Assembly (NCBI GenBank): GCA_048268245.1
Contig: JBLWVX010000020.1
Location: 1-43,430 of the forward strand
Reading direction: 5' to 3'
Source of the DNA: Arcobacteraceae bacterium
Lineage (GTDB): Bacteria > Campylobacterota > Campylobacteria > Campylobacterales > Arcobacteraceae
DNA: 43,430 nt
This document shows, piece by piece, positions 30,065-41,131 of the stretch. Within the stretch, counting starts at the first letter, position 1, and each line of letters starts with the position of its first letter. The notes beneath the pieces are model-generated. The model searched no databases. It was not told where the DNA came from and was given only the letters and a program-made list of their open reading frames with translations. The translations under genes and the position numbers were made by a program.

Positions 30065-30487
30065 ATGTTAGACATAAGTCCTGTATTATTGCTTAGCTCT
30101 GGTATCATCTTTCTTTTAGTTGTTGCTAGGCTAAACAGCTGTCTGTTCAAGCCTTTACTAAAGCACATGGATGATAGAGCAGAATCTATTAAAAAAGATT
30201 TAGAAGATGCAAAATCAAACGGTGCTAATGTAGATGGTATGATTGCTGAAGCAAATAAAGTAATTGCAGATGCGAAGAAAGAAGCAGCTGCTATTAGAGA
30301 ACAAGCTTATAAGGAAGCAAAAGAGAGTGCTGATGCAAAACTTGCTAGCGCTAAGTCTAATTTGGAAGCAAAATCTGCAGAATTTGCTAAGAATTTGGAA
30401 GAGGAAACTAAAGCATTAAAAGATTCTTTAGTATCGTCAATGCCTCAATTTAATGAGAGCTTAAAAGCTAAGCTTAGCTCAATTTAG
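30065..30487 (+). CDS. atpF': ATP synthase F0 subunit b'
   Basis: N-terminal TM, LFKPLL..MD.R, Ala/Lys coiled coil; first gene of the atp cluster. Confidence 0.9.
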   Translation: MLDISPVLLLSSGIIFLLVVARLNSCLFKPLLKHMDDRAESIKKDLEDAKSNGANVDGMIAEANKVIADAKKEAAAIREQAYKEAKESADAKLASAKSNLEAKSAEFAKNLEEETKALKDSLVSSMPQFNESLKAKLSSI

Positions 30488-30501
30488 TTAGGAAAAATGA
30501 T

Positions 30502-31020
30502 ATGAAGAAACTTTTAATACTTGGTGTAGCTGCTTTAGCTCCACTTTCATTATTTGCTGCTGCTGGTGCGGAAACTGATTACGATATCGTACAGAGAACC
30601 GTTAACTTTATAATTTTTGCTGGAATTTTATGGTATTTACTTGCTGATAAGATTAAAGCATTTTTTGCTGATAGAACTTTATCTATTCAAGCAGAACTTG
30701 ACAAAGTACAAGATACTTTAAAAGCTTCTGAAGATAAAGTAAATGAAGCTCAAAAACAACTTGATGATGCAAAAAAACTTGCAGCTGAGATTGTTGAAAA
30801 CGCAAAAGCTGATATTGATTCAGTTAAAGAAAAAGTTGCTGTTGCAGTTGATTCTGATATCGCTAATTTAGAAAAAAATCTAGAAGAGATGATTAAAGTT
30901 GAAACATCAAAAGCAAAAAGAGAAGTTGTTGCAGAAGTTCTTGATGAGCTATTAAAATCAGATAATATTAAACTTTCTCAAGACGAGTTAGCTAATATTG
31001 TTCTTAAAAAGGTAGCGTAA
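30502..31020 (+). CDS. atpF: ATP synthase F0 subunit b
   Basis: RTVNFIIF.GILWY TM segment, coiled coil. Confidence 0.9.
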   Translation: MKKLLILGVAALAPLSLFAAAGAETDYDIVQRTVNFIIFAGILWYLLADKIKAFFADRTLSIQAELDKVQDTLKASEDKVNEAQKQLDDAKKLAAEIVENAKADIDSVKEKVAVAVDSDIANLEKNLEEMIKVETSKAKREVVAEVLDELLKSDNIKLSQDELANIVLKKVA

Positions 31021-31551
31021 ATGAATGATCTAATAGCAAAAAGATATGTAAAAGCGTTAGTTGATGGTAGAGATAGTAAAGCTATCAAAACATTAAGTAC
31101 TAACTTAAATACTATTTCAACAGCTTACGCTGATGAAAAGTTTAATTCTATTGTTTCTTCTCCTGAAGTAAGTGATAGTAAAAAAGTAGAGTTAGTATTA
31201 TCATTAGTTAAAAAAGCTGATGAAACTTTAACTAACTTCGTAAAATTACTTGGTGAAAAAAGAAGACTTACTTTGTTACCTGATATTGCAACTGAACTTG
31301 ATGTTCAAATTGCAAAATTAAATAATGAGTATGTTGGTGTTGTTTACACAAACCAAGAACTTTCAAAAGATTATGTTTCTTCTATTGAGAAACAATTTAG
31401 TAAAAAATTTGATGTTAACTTATCATTATCTCAAAATGTTTGTGATTATGATGGTATTAAAGTAGATATTGATGGACTTGGGGTTGAAATTTCTTTCTCG
31501 AAAGAAAGATTAAAATCTCAAATGATTGATCATATTTTAAAAGCAGTTTAG
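31021..31551 (+). CDS. atpH: ATP synthase F1 subunit delta
   Basis: IAKRYVKAL, NFVKLL.EKRR; position before atpA. Confidence 0.93.
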   Translation: MNDLIAKRYVKALVDGRDSKAIKTLSTNLNTISTAYADEKFNSIVSSPEVSDSKKVELVLSLVKKADETLTNFVKLLGEKRRLTLLPDIATELDVQIAKLNNEYVGVVYTNQELSKDYVSSIEKQFSKKFDVNLSLSQNVCDYDGIKVDIDGLGVEISFSKERLKSQMIDHILKAV

Positions 31552-31572
31552 AACTTATAAAGGAGAAATTGA

Positions 31573-33090
31573 ATGGGTGCAAAAATTCAAGCTGATGAAA
31601 TCAGTTCTATAATTAAAGAGAGAATTGATAACTTTGAATTAAATGTAGATGTAAATGAAACTGGTAAGATCATCTCTTTTGCAGATGGTGTTGCTCAAGT
31701 TTACGGTCTAAAAAATGTTATGGCTGGAGAGATTGTTGAGTTTGAAAATGGCGAAAAAGGTGTTGCTTTAAACTTAGAAGAATCTTCTGTAGGTATTGTT
31801 GTACTTGGTAAAGGTGAAGGATTAAGAGAAGGAACTTCTTGTAAGAGACTTGGTAGATTATTAGAAACTCCAGTTGGTCCTAACATGGTAGGTAGAGTTG
31901 TTAATGCACTTGGTGAGCCAATTGATGGTAAAGGTGCTATTGAAGCTGCTGAAACAAGATTTGTTGAGGAAAAAGCTCCTGGTATCATGGCAAGAAAATC
32001 TGTACATGAGCCATTACAAACTGGTATTAAAGCTATTGATGCACTAGTTCCAATCGGAAGAGGTCAAAGAGAGCTTATTATTGGTGATAGACAAACTGGT
32101 AAAACTACAGTTGCTGTTGATACAATTCTTAACCAAAAAGATCAAGACGTAAAATGTATTTATGTTGCTATTGGTCAAAAAGCATCTACAATTGCTTCTA
32201 TCGTTAGAACTTTAGAAGAAGCTGGAGCAATGGAGTATACTACTATTGTTAACGCTGGTGCTGCTGATTCTTCAGCATTACAATTCTTAGCTCCTTATAC
32301 AGGTGTTACAATTGGTGAGTACTTTAGAGATAATGGTCAACACGCATTAATCGTATATGATGATTTAACTAAGCACGCAGTTGCATATAGAGAAATGTCA
32401 TTATTATTAAGAAGACCTCCAGGTAGAGAGGCATTCCCAGGGGATGTATTCTATCTACATTCAAGATTATTAGAAAGAGCTGCTAAAATGTCAGATGAGA
32501 AGGGTGCTGGTTCTATGACTGCATTACCAATCATTGAAACACAAGCGGGAGACGTTGCGGCATATATTCCAACAAACGTTATTTCTATTACAGATGGACA
32601 AATTTTCTTAGAAACTAACTTATTTAACTCAGGTATTAGACCAGCGATTAACGTAGGTTTATCAGTATCAAGAGTTGGTGGTGCAGCACAAATTAAAGCT
32701 ACTAAGCAAGTTGCTGGTACTTTAAAATTATCACTAGCACAGTTTAGAGAGTTAGAAGCGTTTGCTCAATTTGCATCAGACTTAGACGAGTCTACAAGAA
32801 AAGAACTTGAACTTGGTCAAAGAATGGTTGAAGTATTAAAACAAGGTGTTAATGCTCCATTAGTAATTGAGAAACAAATTGTAATTATTTATGCAGGTAC
32901 AAAAGGTTACTTAAATGATATCGCTGTTGGTGATGTTGTTAAGTTTGAAGCTGAATTACATGCATTCTTCGAGCAAAAATACTCTAACATCTTAGATGCA
33001 ATTAAAGCTAAGAAAAAAATTGATGATGAGACTGAAGCTGAATTAAAAGCTGCTTTAGAAGAGTTTAAAACAGTATTTAGTGCAAACTAA
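31573..33090 (+). CDS. atpA: ATP synthase F1 subunit alpha
   Basis: [23 protein letters not shown]. Confidence 0.99.
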   Translation: MGAKIQADEISSIIKERIDNFELNVDVNETGKIISFADGVAQVYGLKNVMAGEIVEFENGEKGVALNLEESSVGIVVLGKGEGLREGTSCKRLGRLLETPVGPNMVGRVVNALGEPIDGKGAIEAAETRFVEEKAPGIMARKSVHEPLQTGIKAIDALVPIGRGQRELIIGDRQTGKTTVAVDTILNQKDQDVKCIYVAIGQKASTIASIVRTLEEAGAMEYTTIVNAGAADSSALQFLAPYTGVTIGEYFRDNGQHALIVYDDLTKHAVAYREMSLLLRRPPGREAFPGDVFYLHSRLLERAAKMSDEKGAGSMTALPIIETQAGDVAAYIPTNVISITDGQIFLETNLFNSGIRPAINVGLSVSRVGGAAQIKATKQVAGTLKLSLAQFRELEAFAQFASDLDESTRKELELGQRMVEVLKQGVNAPLVIEKQIVIIYAGTKGYLNDIAVGDVVKFEAELHAFFEQKYSNILDAIKAKKKIDDETEAELKAALEEFKTVFSAN

Positions 33091-33100
33091 GGATTAGTTA

Positions 33101-33985
33101 ATGGCTAACTTAAAAGAAATTAAATTACAAATTGGTAGTGTAAAAAATACTCAGAAAACAACTAAAGCTATGAAGCTTGTATCTTCTGCGAAACTTACTA
33201 GAACTAGACAACTGTCTGAGCAAGCTAAAAGTTACGCAAACAAGATAAATGATGTACTTTCTGATATTGCTGCTAGAGTTAGCAAAGTTCAAGATGAAGG
33301 AAATATCGGTAGAGCATTTGTTCCAAATGATAACCCAAAAACAGTTGATATTGTTTTTGTTACTGCTGACAAAGGACTTTGTGGTGGTTTTAATATGGCA
33401 ACAATTAAAACTGTTAGTAAAATCAAAGCTGAGCAAGAAGCAAAAGGTGCTACAGTTAGATTAAGAGCTGTTGGAAGAAAGGGAATTGATTTCTTTAATT
33501 TCCAAGGTACTCAATTAGACCAAACAGTTAATGATCTTTCTTCTGCTCCTGATTATGACAGAGCAGCTGATTTTATTAAAGATGTTGTAGAAGACTTTAG
33601 AAATGAGAAAACTGATAAAGTAATCGTAGTTTATAATGGATTCTTAAACATGCTTACTCAAGAAATTAGAGTAAGAGAATTGTTACCAATTAGCTTAGAG
33701 AATGTTGAAGCGAGCGAAACTGAATCTATGTTAGATATTGAGCCAGATGATGATGAAGAAGTGTTAAATGAATTAACAGGAAAATATATTGATTTCAATA
33801 TGTATTTCGGTTTAATTGATTCTTTAGCTGCTGAACATTCTGCAAGAATGCAAGCAATGGAAGCTGCTACAAAGAATGCAAAAGAAAAAGTTGATTCTTT
33901 AACAGTTGAATATAATAAAGCTAGACAAGCTGCAATTACAACAGAGCTGATAGAAATTATCAGTGGTGTTGAATCGTTAAAATAA
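33101..33985 (+). CDS. atpG: ATP synthase F1 subunit gamma
   Basis: DKGLCGGFN, ARQAAITTEL.EI. Confidence 0.98.
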   Translation: MANLKEIKLQIGSVKNTQKTTKAMKLVSSAKLTRTRQLSEQAKSYANKINDVLSDIAARVSKVQDEGNIGRAFVPNDNPKTVDIVFVTADKGLCGGFNMATIKTVSKIKAEQEAKGATVRLRAVGRKGIDFFNFQGTQLDQTVNDLSSAPDYDRAADFIKDVVEDFRNEKTDKVIVVYNGFLNMLTQEIRVRELLPISLENVEASETESMLDIEPDDDEEVLNELTGKYIDFNMYFGLIDSLAAEHSARMQAMEAATKNAKEKVDSLTVEYNKARQAAITTELIEIISGVESLK

Positions 33986-35398
<1,413 letters not shown>

Positions 35399-35415
35399 TA
35401 ACCATAAGGTATAAC

Positions 35416-35793
35416 ATGGATACAATTAAACTATCAATCGTTAGTCCAAACGGTGAGATATTTAATGATGATGTTAAAACTGTAACTCTTCCTGGAAAAG
35501 AGGGAGAGTTCGGTGTTTTAGCAGGTCATGCATCATTAGTTTCATCATTAACTGTTGGAGTAATCGTAATTGAAAAAGACGACTCTACTGAAGCTGTTGC
35601 TATTAACTGGGGACATGTTAAAGTAGATGAAAAATCTGTAGACGTTTTAGTAGATGGAGCAATCGCATTAACTCAAGGTGCTGATTCTGAAATCGCTAAA
35701 AATATTGATGCTGCAAAAGACTTAGTTAATTCTGTAAAAGATTCTAACGTTTCTGTTGCTGCAGTTGAAGCAAAAATTAATTCATTTGCATAA
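35416..35793 (+). CDS. atpC: ATP synthase F1 subunit epsilon
   Basis: IVSP.G.IF...V.LPG.EGEFGVL.GHA. Confidence 0.96.
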   Translation: MDTIKLSIVSPNGEIFNDDVKTVTLPGKEGEFGVLAGHASLVSSLTVGVIVIEKDDSTEAVAINWGHVKVDEKSVDVLVDGAIALTQGADSEIAKNIDAAKDLVNSVKDSNVSVAAVEAKINSFA

Positions 35794-35799
35794 AAGCTT

Positions 35800-36360
35800 A
35801 TGACAAACACAATACTAAATTATTTGGCAAATAGTAGTGCTATAACTTATATAGTTTTAGCACTGCTGTCAATTTACTTAATCATCACTTTTTGGATTTT
35901 TATTTATAGATATGTTTCTTTAAAAGGTTTAATTACTAATGAAAAAAAATCTTTAGATTCTTTAACTTCAAGAGATTCTAGTTTTTCTCCTTTTTCGTCT
36001 TTAAATAAATGTTCAAACAATAGTTCTACAAGAGAGATTTTGCATGCATGTGAAATAAATATTATTAAAGATGCAAGTGCAGGTATTTCTTGGTTAGCAA
36101 TTATTTCATCTACATCTCCATTTATTGGTTTATTTGGTACTGTTGTTGGAATACTTGAGTCATTTGCTAAGTTTTCAGGACATTCAAAAGTTGGTTTTTC
36201 TTTAATTGCACCTGCAATTTCAGAAGCACTTGTTGCAACAGCTGCAGGAATATTTGTAGCAATATTTGCTTATACATTCCACCAAGTGTTAACTAGAAAA
36301 GTATATGAATTAAATACTTATATCAAGGCACAAGCAGAAATTTTAATTGCTAAGGGTTAA
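35800..36360 (+). CDS. tolQ: MotA/TolQ/ExbB proton channel protein (TolQ by context)
   Basis: SPFIGLFGTVVGI, IAPAISEALVATAAG; upstream of tolB-pal. Confidence 0.82.
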   Translation: MTNTILNYLANSSAITYIVLALLSIYLIITFWIFIYRYVSLKGLITNEKKSLDSLTSRDSSFSPFSSLNKCSNNSSTREILHACEINIIKDASAGISWLAIISSTSPFIGLFGTVVGILESFAKFSGHSKVGFSLIAPAISEALVATAAGIFVAIFAYTFHQVLTRKVYELNTYIKAQAEILIAKG

Positions 36361-36362
36361 AC

Positions 36363-36755
36363 TTGTACGATTTTAACCAAAAACCTGATTTAAACATTAC
36401 TCCTTTAGTAGATATTATGCTTGTTCTTTTAGCTATATTAATGGTTACTGCACCAGTAATAGAGTTTGAAGAATCAGTTAATCTTCCTCAAGGAAGTAAA
36501 TCTAAACAAGTACAAGATTTTAAAAAAATTAATATTTTTATTACAAAAGACAGAATTGTAAAAATAAATAAGGGAAATAACATTACTTTAAATGAATTTC
36601 CAGATAGTTTTGTACTTTTCTCAAATGGCAAAGATCAAAAAACACCTGTTCATATTAGAGCTGATAAAGACTTAAAATATAATGATGTTATTTTTGTTTT
36701 AAAGTCTGTAAAAGAAGCTGGATTTTATAAAGTCTCATTAGTAACTGATGGGTAG
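36363..36755 (+). CDS. tolR: ExbD/TolR family protein (TolR by context)
   Basis: LNITPLVDIMLVLL, IRADK.L.Y; TTG start. Confidence 0.82.
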   Translation: MYDFNQKPDLNITPLVDIMLVLLAILMVTAPVIEFEESVNLPQGSKSKQVQDFKKINIFITKDRIVKINKGNNITLNEFPDSFVLFSNGKDQKTPVHIRADKDLKYNDVIFVLKSVKEAGFYKVSLVTDG

Positions 36756-36758
36756 TTT

Positions 36759-37493
36759 ATGCAAAAAAACTCTTTTTTATATATCTCAGGATTAATCTCT
36801 TTATTTATCTATTTTATCATTGCTTTTATTTTTATATTTTATGTTGTAGATTCTAAACCTAAAACATTTGATATTAAAACAAAAGAGACTGTCATTCAAT
36901 TAGATATGATTATTGAAAAAAGCGATAAAAAACGTGTAGCTAAAAAAGAGAAAATAAAAGAAAAAGAACCAGAAAAAGAGATAATAAAAGCTGCATCTGT
37001 TTCAAATAAAAAACGACCTGATTTGAAATCTCTTTTTGGGAGAGTTAAAACAAAAGAAGTAAAAGTAAAAAAAGAAGAGGTTAATAATGTTAAGCAATCT
37101 ATTGACCCAAAAAGATTTAAAGCAAAATTTGAAAGAGAAAAAAAATCATCTAATGTAAAAGTTGATAAATTATTAAATGATAAAATTACAACTACTAATA
37201 TTAGTTCAAAGAATTTGAGTAAAAATGATGAAAGTGATGAGTATTTTTCAAAAGTAAATGAGATGCTTTCAGCTTGGTCTCCAACAACTAGAGAAGAAAA
37301 TCTTTTAGCTACTATAATAGTAACAATTTCTTCAAGTGGTAGTTTTGATTATAGATTTACAAAATTTTCACAAAATATCAATTTTGATGAATCTTTGAAA
37401 GCTTTTTTAGAAGAACAAAAAAGTATAATATATCCTAAACCCAAAAAGGGTAAAACTGTAAAAATAAGTGTAAACTTTAGATCTGAAGGATAA
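36759..37493 (+). CDS. tolA: TolA/TonB-like energy transducer
   Basis: N-terminal TM, Lys/Glu-rich linker, TonB/TolA C-terminal-like domain (FS.N..FD.SL); between tolR and tolB. Confidence 0.65.
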   Translation: MQKNSFLYISGLISLFIYFIIAFIFIFYVVDSKPKTFDIKTKETVIQLDMIIEKSDKKRVAKKEKIKEKEPEKEIIKAASVSNKKRPDLKSLFGRVKTKEVKVKKEEVNNVKQSIDPKRFKAKFEREKKSSNVKVDKLLNDKITTTNISSKNLSKNDESDEYFSKVNEMLSAWSPTTREENLLATIIVTISSSGSFDYRFTKFSQNINFDESLKAFLEEQKSIIYPKPKKGKTVKISVNFRSEG

Positions 37494-37496
37494 TCA

Positions 37497-38768
37497 ATGA
37501 AAAAAACTTTTATATTTTTATTTGCTTTATGTGGTTTTTTATTTGCTCAAGTTGATGCAAATCTTGAAATCATAAAAAAAGCCAAAACATTACCAAAAAT
37601 CTCAGTTAATATTGCTAGTGATTCTGCTGAAATTGCTACACTTAGCAAAATTAAAGAGATGCTAACAAAGGACTTGATTATAAGTGGACATTTTGATGTT
37701 GCTTTATCAAATTCTGTTTTTAAATTTGAAGAAGAACCGGATACTTTAAGACTTTCAAATGATGGTTTAGACTTGTATCTTTTACTTAGTGCTAAAAGAT
37801 CTTTAAATGGTTCATATACTCTTTATACTAAACTATTTGATATTAATGCAAAAACTTTAAGTTTACAAAAAAGTTATACTACTTTAAAAGAAGATAGATA
37901 TCCTTTTTTAGCTCATAGAACTGCTATTAGTGTAAATGATCACTTTAAAGCACCAAGTATTGATTGGATGGATAAGTTTGTTGTATTTTCAACTTATGCT
38001 GACAGTAAAAAAGCTAATATTATGATTGGTGATTATACTTTAAATTATAAAAAAACTATAATCAGAGGTGGTCTAAATATTTTCCCTAAGTGGGCAGATA
38101 AAGAGCAAAGATCTATATATTATACATCATATAATTATACAAAACCAACTTTAGTAAAATTAAATATTTATACTCAAGAAAAAAGTATTATTATGCAATC
38201 AGATGGTATGATTGTTGCTTCTGATGTAAATAGTAATGGTTCAAAAGTTTTAATTACTGCTTCGCCTAACAATCAACCTGATGTTTATTTATATGATACA
38301 AATACTAAAAGTGCTAAACAAGTAACTAACTATAGTGGAATTGATGTTAGTGCTCAGTTTATTGATGATGAATCAAGAATGGTATTTGTTTCTGATCGAT
38401 TAGGATATCCAAATATCTTTGCTAAGTCATTTAATTCTAGAGGTGTTGAAAGGTTAGTTTATCATAGTAGAAATAACTCTTCAGCTACATCATACAAAGA
38501 CAATATTGTTTATGTGAGTAGAGAGAGTGAAAATGAATTTAGTAATAGAACATTCAATTTATATTTAATGTCAACGAAGTCTGATAGTTTAAAAAGATTA
38601 ACTTCAAGTGGTGTGAATCAGTTTCCTAAATTTTCAAAAGATGGAGAATCATTGTTATTTATCAAAGACTTTAATAATCAGAGTTCTGTTGGTATAATTA
38701 GGCTTAATTTCAATAAGTCTTACTTGTTTAATCTTGATGGTGGAAGAATTCAATCTATTGATTGGTAA
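37497..38768 (+). CDS. tolB: Tol-Pal system beta-propeller protein TolB
   Basis: Signal peptide; PD40 repeats (FVSDRLGYPNIF, PKFSKDG). Confidence 0.92.
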   Translation: MKKTFIFLFALCGFLFAQVDANLEIIKKAKTLPKISVNIASDSAEIATLSKIKEMLTKDLIISGHFDVALSNSVFKFEEEPDTLRLSNDGLDLYLLLSAKRSLNGSYTLYTKLFDINAKTLSLQKSYTTLKEDRYPFLAHRTAISVNDHFKAPSIDWMDKFVVFSTYADSKKANIMIGDYTLNYKKTIIRGGLNIFPKWADKEQRSIYYTSYNYTKPTLVKLNIYTQEKSIIMQSDGMIVASDVNSNGSKVLITASPNNQPDVYLYDTNTKSAKQVTNYSGIDVSAQFIDDESRMVFVSDRLGYPNIFAKSFNSRGVERLVYHSRNNSSATSYKDNIVYVSRESENEFSNRTFNLYLMSTKSDSLKRLTSSGVNQFPKFSKDGESLLFIKDFNNQSSVGIIRLNFNKSYLFNLDGGRIQSIDW

Positions 38769-38836
38769 CCAAATAATGATTAATTAAGTTTTGATTTTGT
38801 AAAATCAAAGTAAATTTTAATTCTAAGGACAAATTT

Positions 38837-39391
38837 ATGAAAAAAATTAGCATTTACTCTTTCTTAATAGCATCTGTTTTATTTACAGGTTGTAGTGAAA
38901 AAAATGTAGACATGAATGTAAACAATGCACCTGAGCAAAACTCTGAAACTGCATTAAATACTATTCCAGATACAAATGTAGAGCAAGTTATGGATGGAAG
39001 CTTTTCAATGGTTGAAAAAGCTGAGAATGGTGCTTACTATATGATCAATGGTAAAAAAGTATTAATTGAAAATATTTACTTTGGATTTGATAAATATAAT
39101 TTAACTGCTGATATGAAAGAAAAAGCAATGTCTAATGCTTCTAAATTATCTGCATTAAACCCATCAACAACTGTAAAAGTTTCTGGTAACACTGATGAGT
39201 GGGGAACTGATGAATACAACTATGCTTTAGGTTTAAAAAGAGCAAAAGCTGTTAAGAATGTTTTAGAAAACAATGGTGTAGAAGCTAATATTTCATTAAT
39301 TTCTTTAGGCGAAAGTAACCCAGTTTGTTCTGAGAAAAATAAAAACTGTTGGTCAAAAAACAGAAGAGTTGAACATACTTTAGTTAAATAA
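38837..39391 (+). CDS. pal: Peptidoglycan-associated lipoprotein Pal
   Basis: Lipobox FTGC; IYFGFDKY; GNTDEWGTDEYNYALG.KRA; KNRRV. Confidence 0.93.
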   Translation: MKKISIYSFLIASVLFTGCSEKNVDMNVNNAPEQNSETALNTIPDTNVEQVMDGSFSMVEKAENGAYYMINGKKVLIENIYFGFDKYNLTADMKEKAMSNASKLSALNPSTTVKVSGNTDEWGTDEYNYALGLKRAKAVKNVLENNGVEANISLISLGESNPVCSEKNKNCWSKNRRVEHTLVK

Positions 39392-39396
39392 GTTCT

Positions 39397-40404
39397 ATGA
39401 ATAAATATATTGTATCTTTTTTAATCACTGCTTCTATAGGAATCTCTTTTGCCGAAGAGGTTTCTGTATTTGGAGCAGGTGATTTAAATTCAAAAAATCC
39501 ATATGGATTAAATTCAGCTGAAAAATACATCTTAAAAAATCAAAAGAAATTAACAACGCTTAATTCTAAAATTAATGATGTTAATTTACTTATTGAAAGT
39601 TTAAAGAAAAGATTAGAAGGCTTAGAATCAATATATGAAGGTGATTCTTCAAAACTTAATTCAACTGTTTTAAGAATGAATGAATTAATGAAACAAGTTG
39701 AAATGTCTTCTCAATTAGCTACAAAAAATAGTACTGAGACAGCAGAAATAAAATCTGTATCTGAAGAACTTTTAAATATGAAAGAAGAAACAGATAAAGA
39801 GATGAGAGCAAGTATTGCTACATTGAAAAAAGCTGTTACAAAAATTTCTAAATTAGTAAATAAAATTAATAGAGAATATGTATCAGCAAGTGAACTTAGA
39901 AAAAACATGGATCAGTTTATTACAAGAGCTGAATTTGAGAGTTTAAAAAAATCACTTGGAGTTAAATCTACATCAAGTGTTGCAACAACTGCACCTAAAA
40001 CTACTGATGCAAAAAAAGAAGAGCCTAAGAAATTAGAATCTTCTGATAAAGCTCAGATAATGAAAGATGCTAAGAGTTTATTCCAAAAAAGATATTTTAA
40101 ATATGCTATTCCAAAATTCGAACAGCTAATATCTTTAAACTATAAGCCTGCTGAAAGTAATTATTACTTAGGTGAAATGTGGTATGTAAGAAAGAAATAT
40201 GATCTTGCAATAAGTCATTTTAAAAAATCTGCTATATTAAATGATAAAGCAGCTTATATGCCATCTTTATTATTGCACAGTGCTATCTCGTTTGAACATA
40301 CAGGTGATAAAGAAAATGCAAAGAGTTTTTATAGTACTTTAATAGATCTTTATCCAAGTTCAGATGAAACAAAGATAGCAAAGAAAAATTTAAACAAATT
40401 ATAA
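39397..40404 (+). CDS. CpoB/YbgF-like periplasmic coiled-coil/TPR protein
   Basis: Signal peptide, coiled coil, C-terminal TPRs ending LIDLYPSS; directly after pal. Confidence 0.75.
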   Translation: MNKYIVSFLITASIGISFAEEVSVFGAGDLNSKNPYGLNSAEKYILKNQKKLTTLNSKINDVNLLIESLKKRLEGLESIYEGDSSKLNSTVLRMNELMKQVEMSSQLATKNSTETAEIKSVSEELLNMKEETDKEMRASIATLKKAVTKISKLVNKINREYVSASELRKNMDQFITRAEFESLKKSLGVKSTSSVATTAPKTTDAKKEEPKKLESSDKAQIMKDAKSLFQKRYFKYAIPKFEQLISLNYKPAESNYYLGEMWYVRKKYDLAISHFKKSAILNDKAAYMPSLLLHSAISFEHTGDKENAKSFYSTLIDLYPSSDETKIAKKNLNKL

Positions 40405-40423
40405 ATTTTAATAAGGAAAGAAT

Positions 40424-40954
40424 ATGTCAAAAGTTATAGGTATTGAATATACTTTAAAAGACGCAAATAGCGGTGAACAACTTGACACTAATGTTGGTCA
40501 AGCGCCACTAGAGTTTATTGCTGGAAAAGGTCAAATTATTCCAGGTTTAGAGTCTAAATTAGTGGAAATGTCAGAAAATGATAAAGCTGACGTTTTAGTT
40601 GAAGCAAAAGATGGGTACGGTGAGTACAATGAAGAAGCAATTCAAACTTTACCAAAAGAACAATTCGCAGGTATTGAATTAAGCGAAGGAATGTCTTTAT
40701 ATGGTACTGGTGAAAATGGTGAGACTGTACAAGTTGTAGTTAAATCATTTAATGACAACGAAGTTACAATTGATTACAATCATCCAATGGCAGGAAAGAC
40801 TTTAATGTTCTCTGTTGCTATTACATCTATGAGAGCAGCTACTGAAGAAGAGATGCAAACAGGTGTAGTTGGTGGAATGGCTGCAATGAGCGGTGGATGT
40901 TGTGGTGGTGGCGGAAGCCAACCACAGTCTACTGGTGGTTGTGGTTGTAATTAA
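40424..40954 (+). CDS. slyD: FKBP-type peptidyl-prolyl isomerase SlyD
   Basis: PLEFIAG.GQIIPGLE, DYNHPMAGKTL.F, Gly/Cys tail. Confidence 0.92.
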   Translation: MSKVIGIEYTLKDANSGEQLDTNVGQAPLEFIAGKGQIIPGLESKLVEMSENDKADVLVEAKDGYGEYNEEAIQTLPKEQFAGIELSEGMSLYGTGENGETVQVVVKSFNDNEVTIDYNHPMAGKTLMFSVAITSMRAATEEEMQTGVVGGMAAMSGGCCGGGGSQPQSTGGCGCN

Positions 40955-41018
40955 TAGTTGCTAGGTTAGCAAAATATTTGCAAGTATAGACTTGCAGTTT
41001 TGATTACGATATCACATA

Positions 41019-41058
41019 TTTGCCCAAGTGTATTTTACACTTGGGCAAAACTATTTTT
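41019..41058 (+). terminator. Strong hairpin, probable terminator or stabiliser after slyD
   Basis: Perfect 14-bp stem TTTGCCCAAGTGTA-TTT-TACACTTGGGCAAA; a T run follows after a short gap. Confidence 0.6.
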
Positions 41059-41131
41059 TAAGGTTTGTTTTTTATAAGCTTTAACAAATAGTTTTTATAA
41101 ACTAATTATTTTAAATAAAAAGGTATTTACA

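Noticed and set aside
38770..38790. Fur-box-like AATAATGATTAATTAAG upstream of pal
   Set aside because: Only one half-site matches, which is weak evidence in AT-rich DNA.
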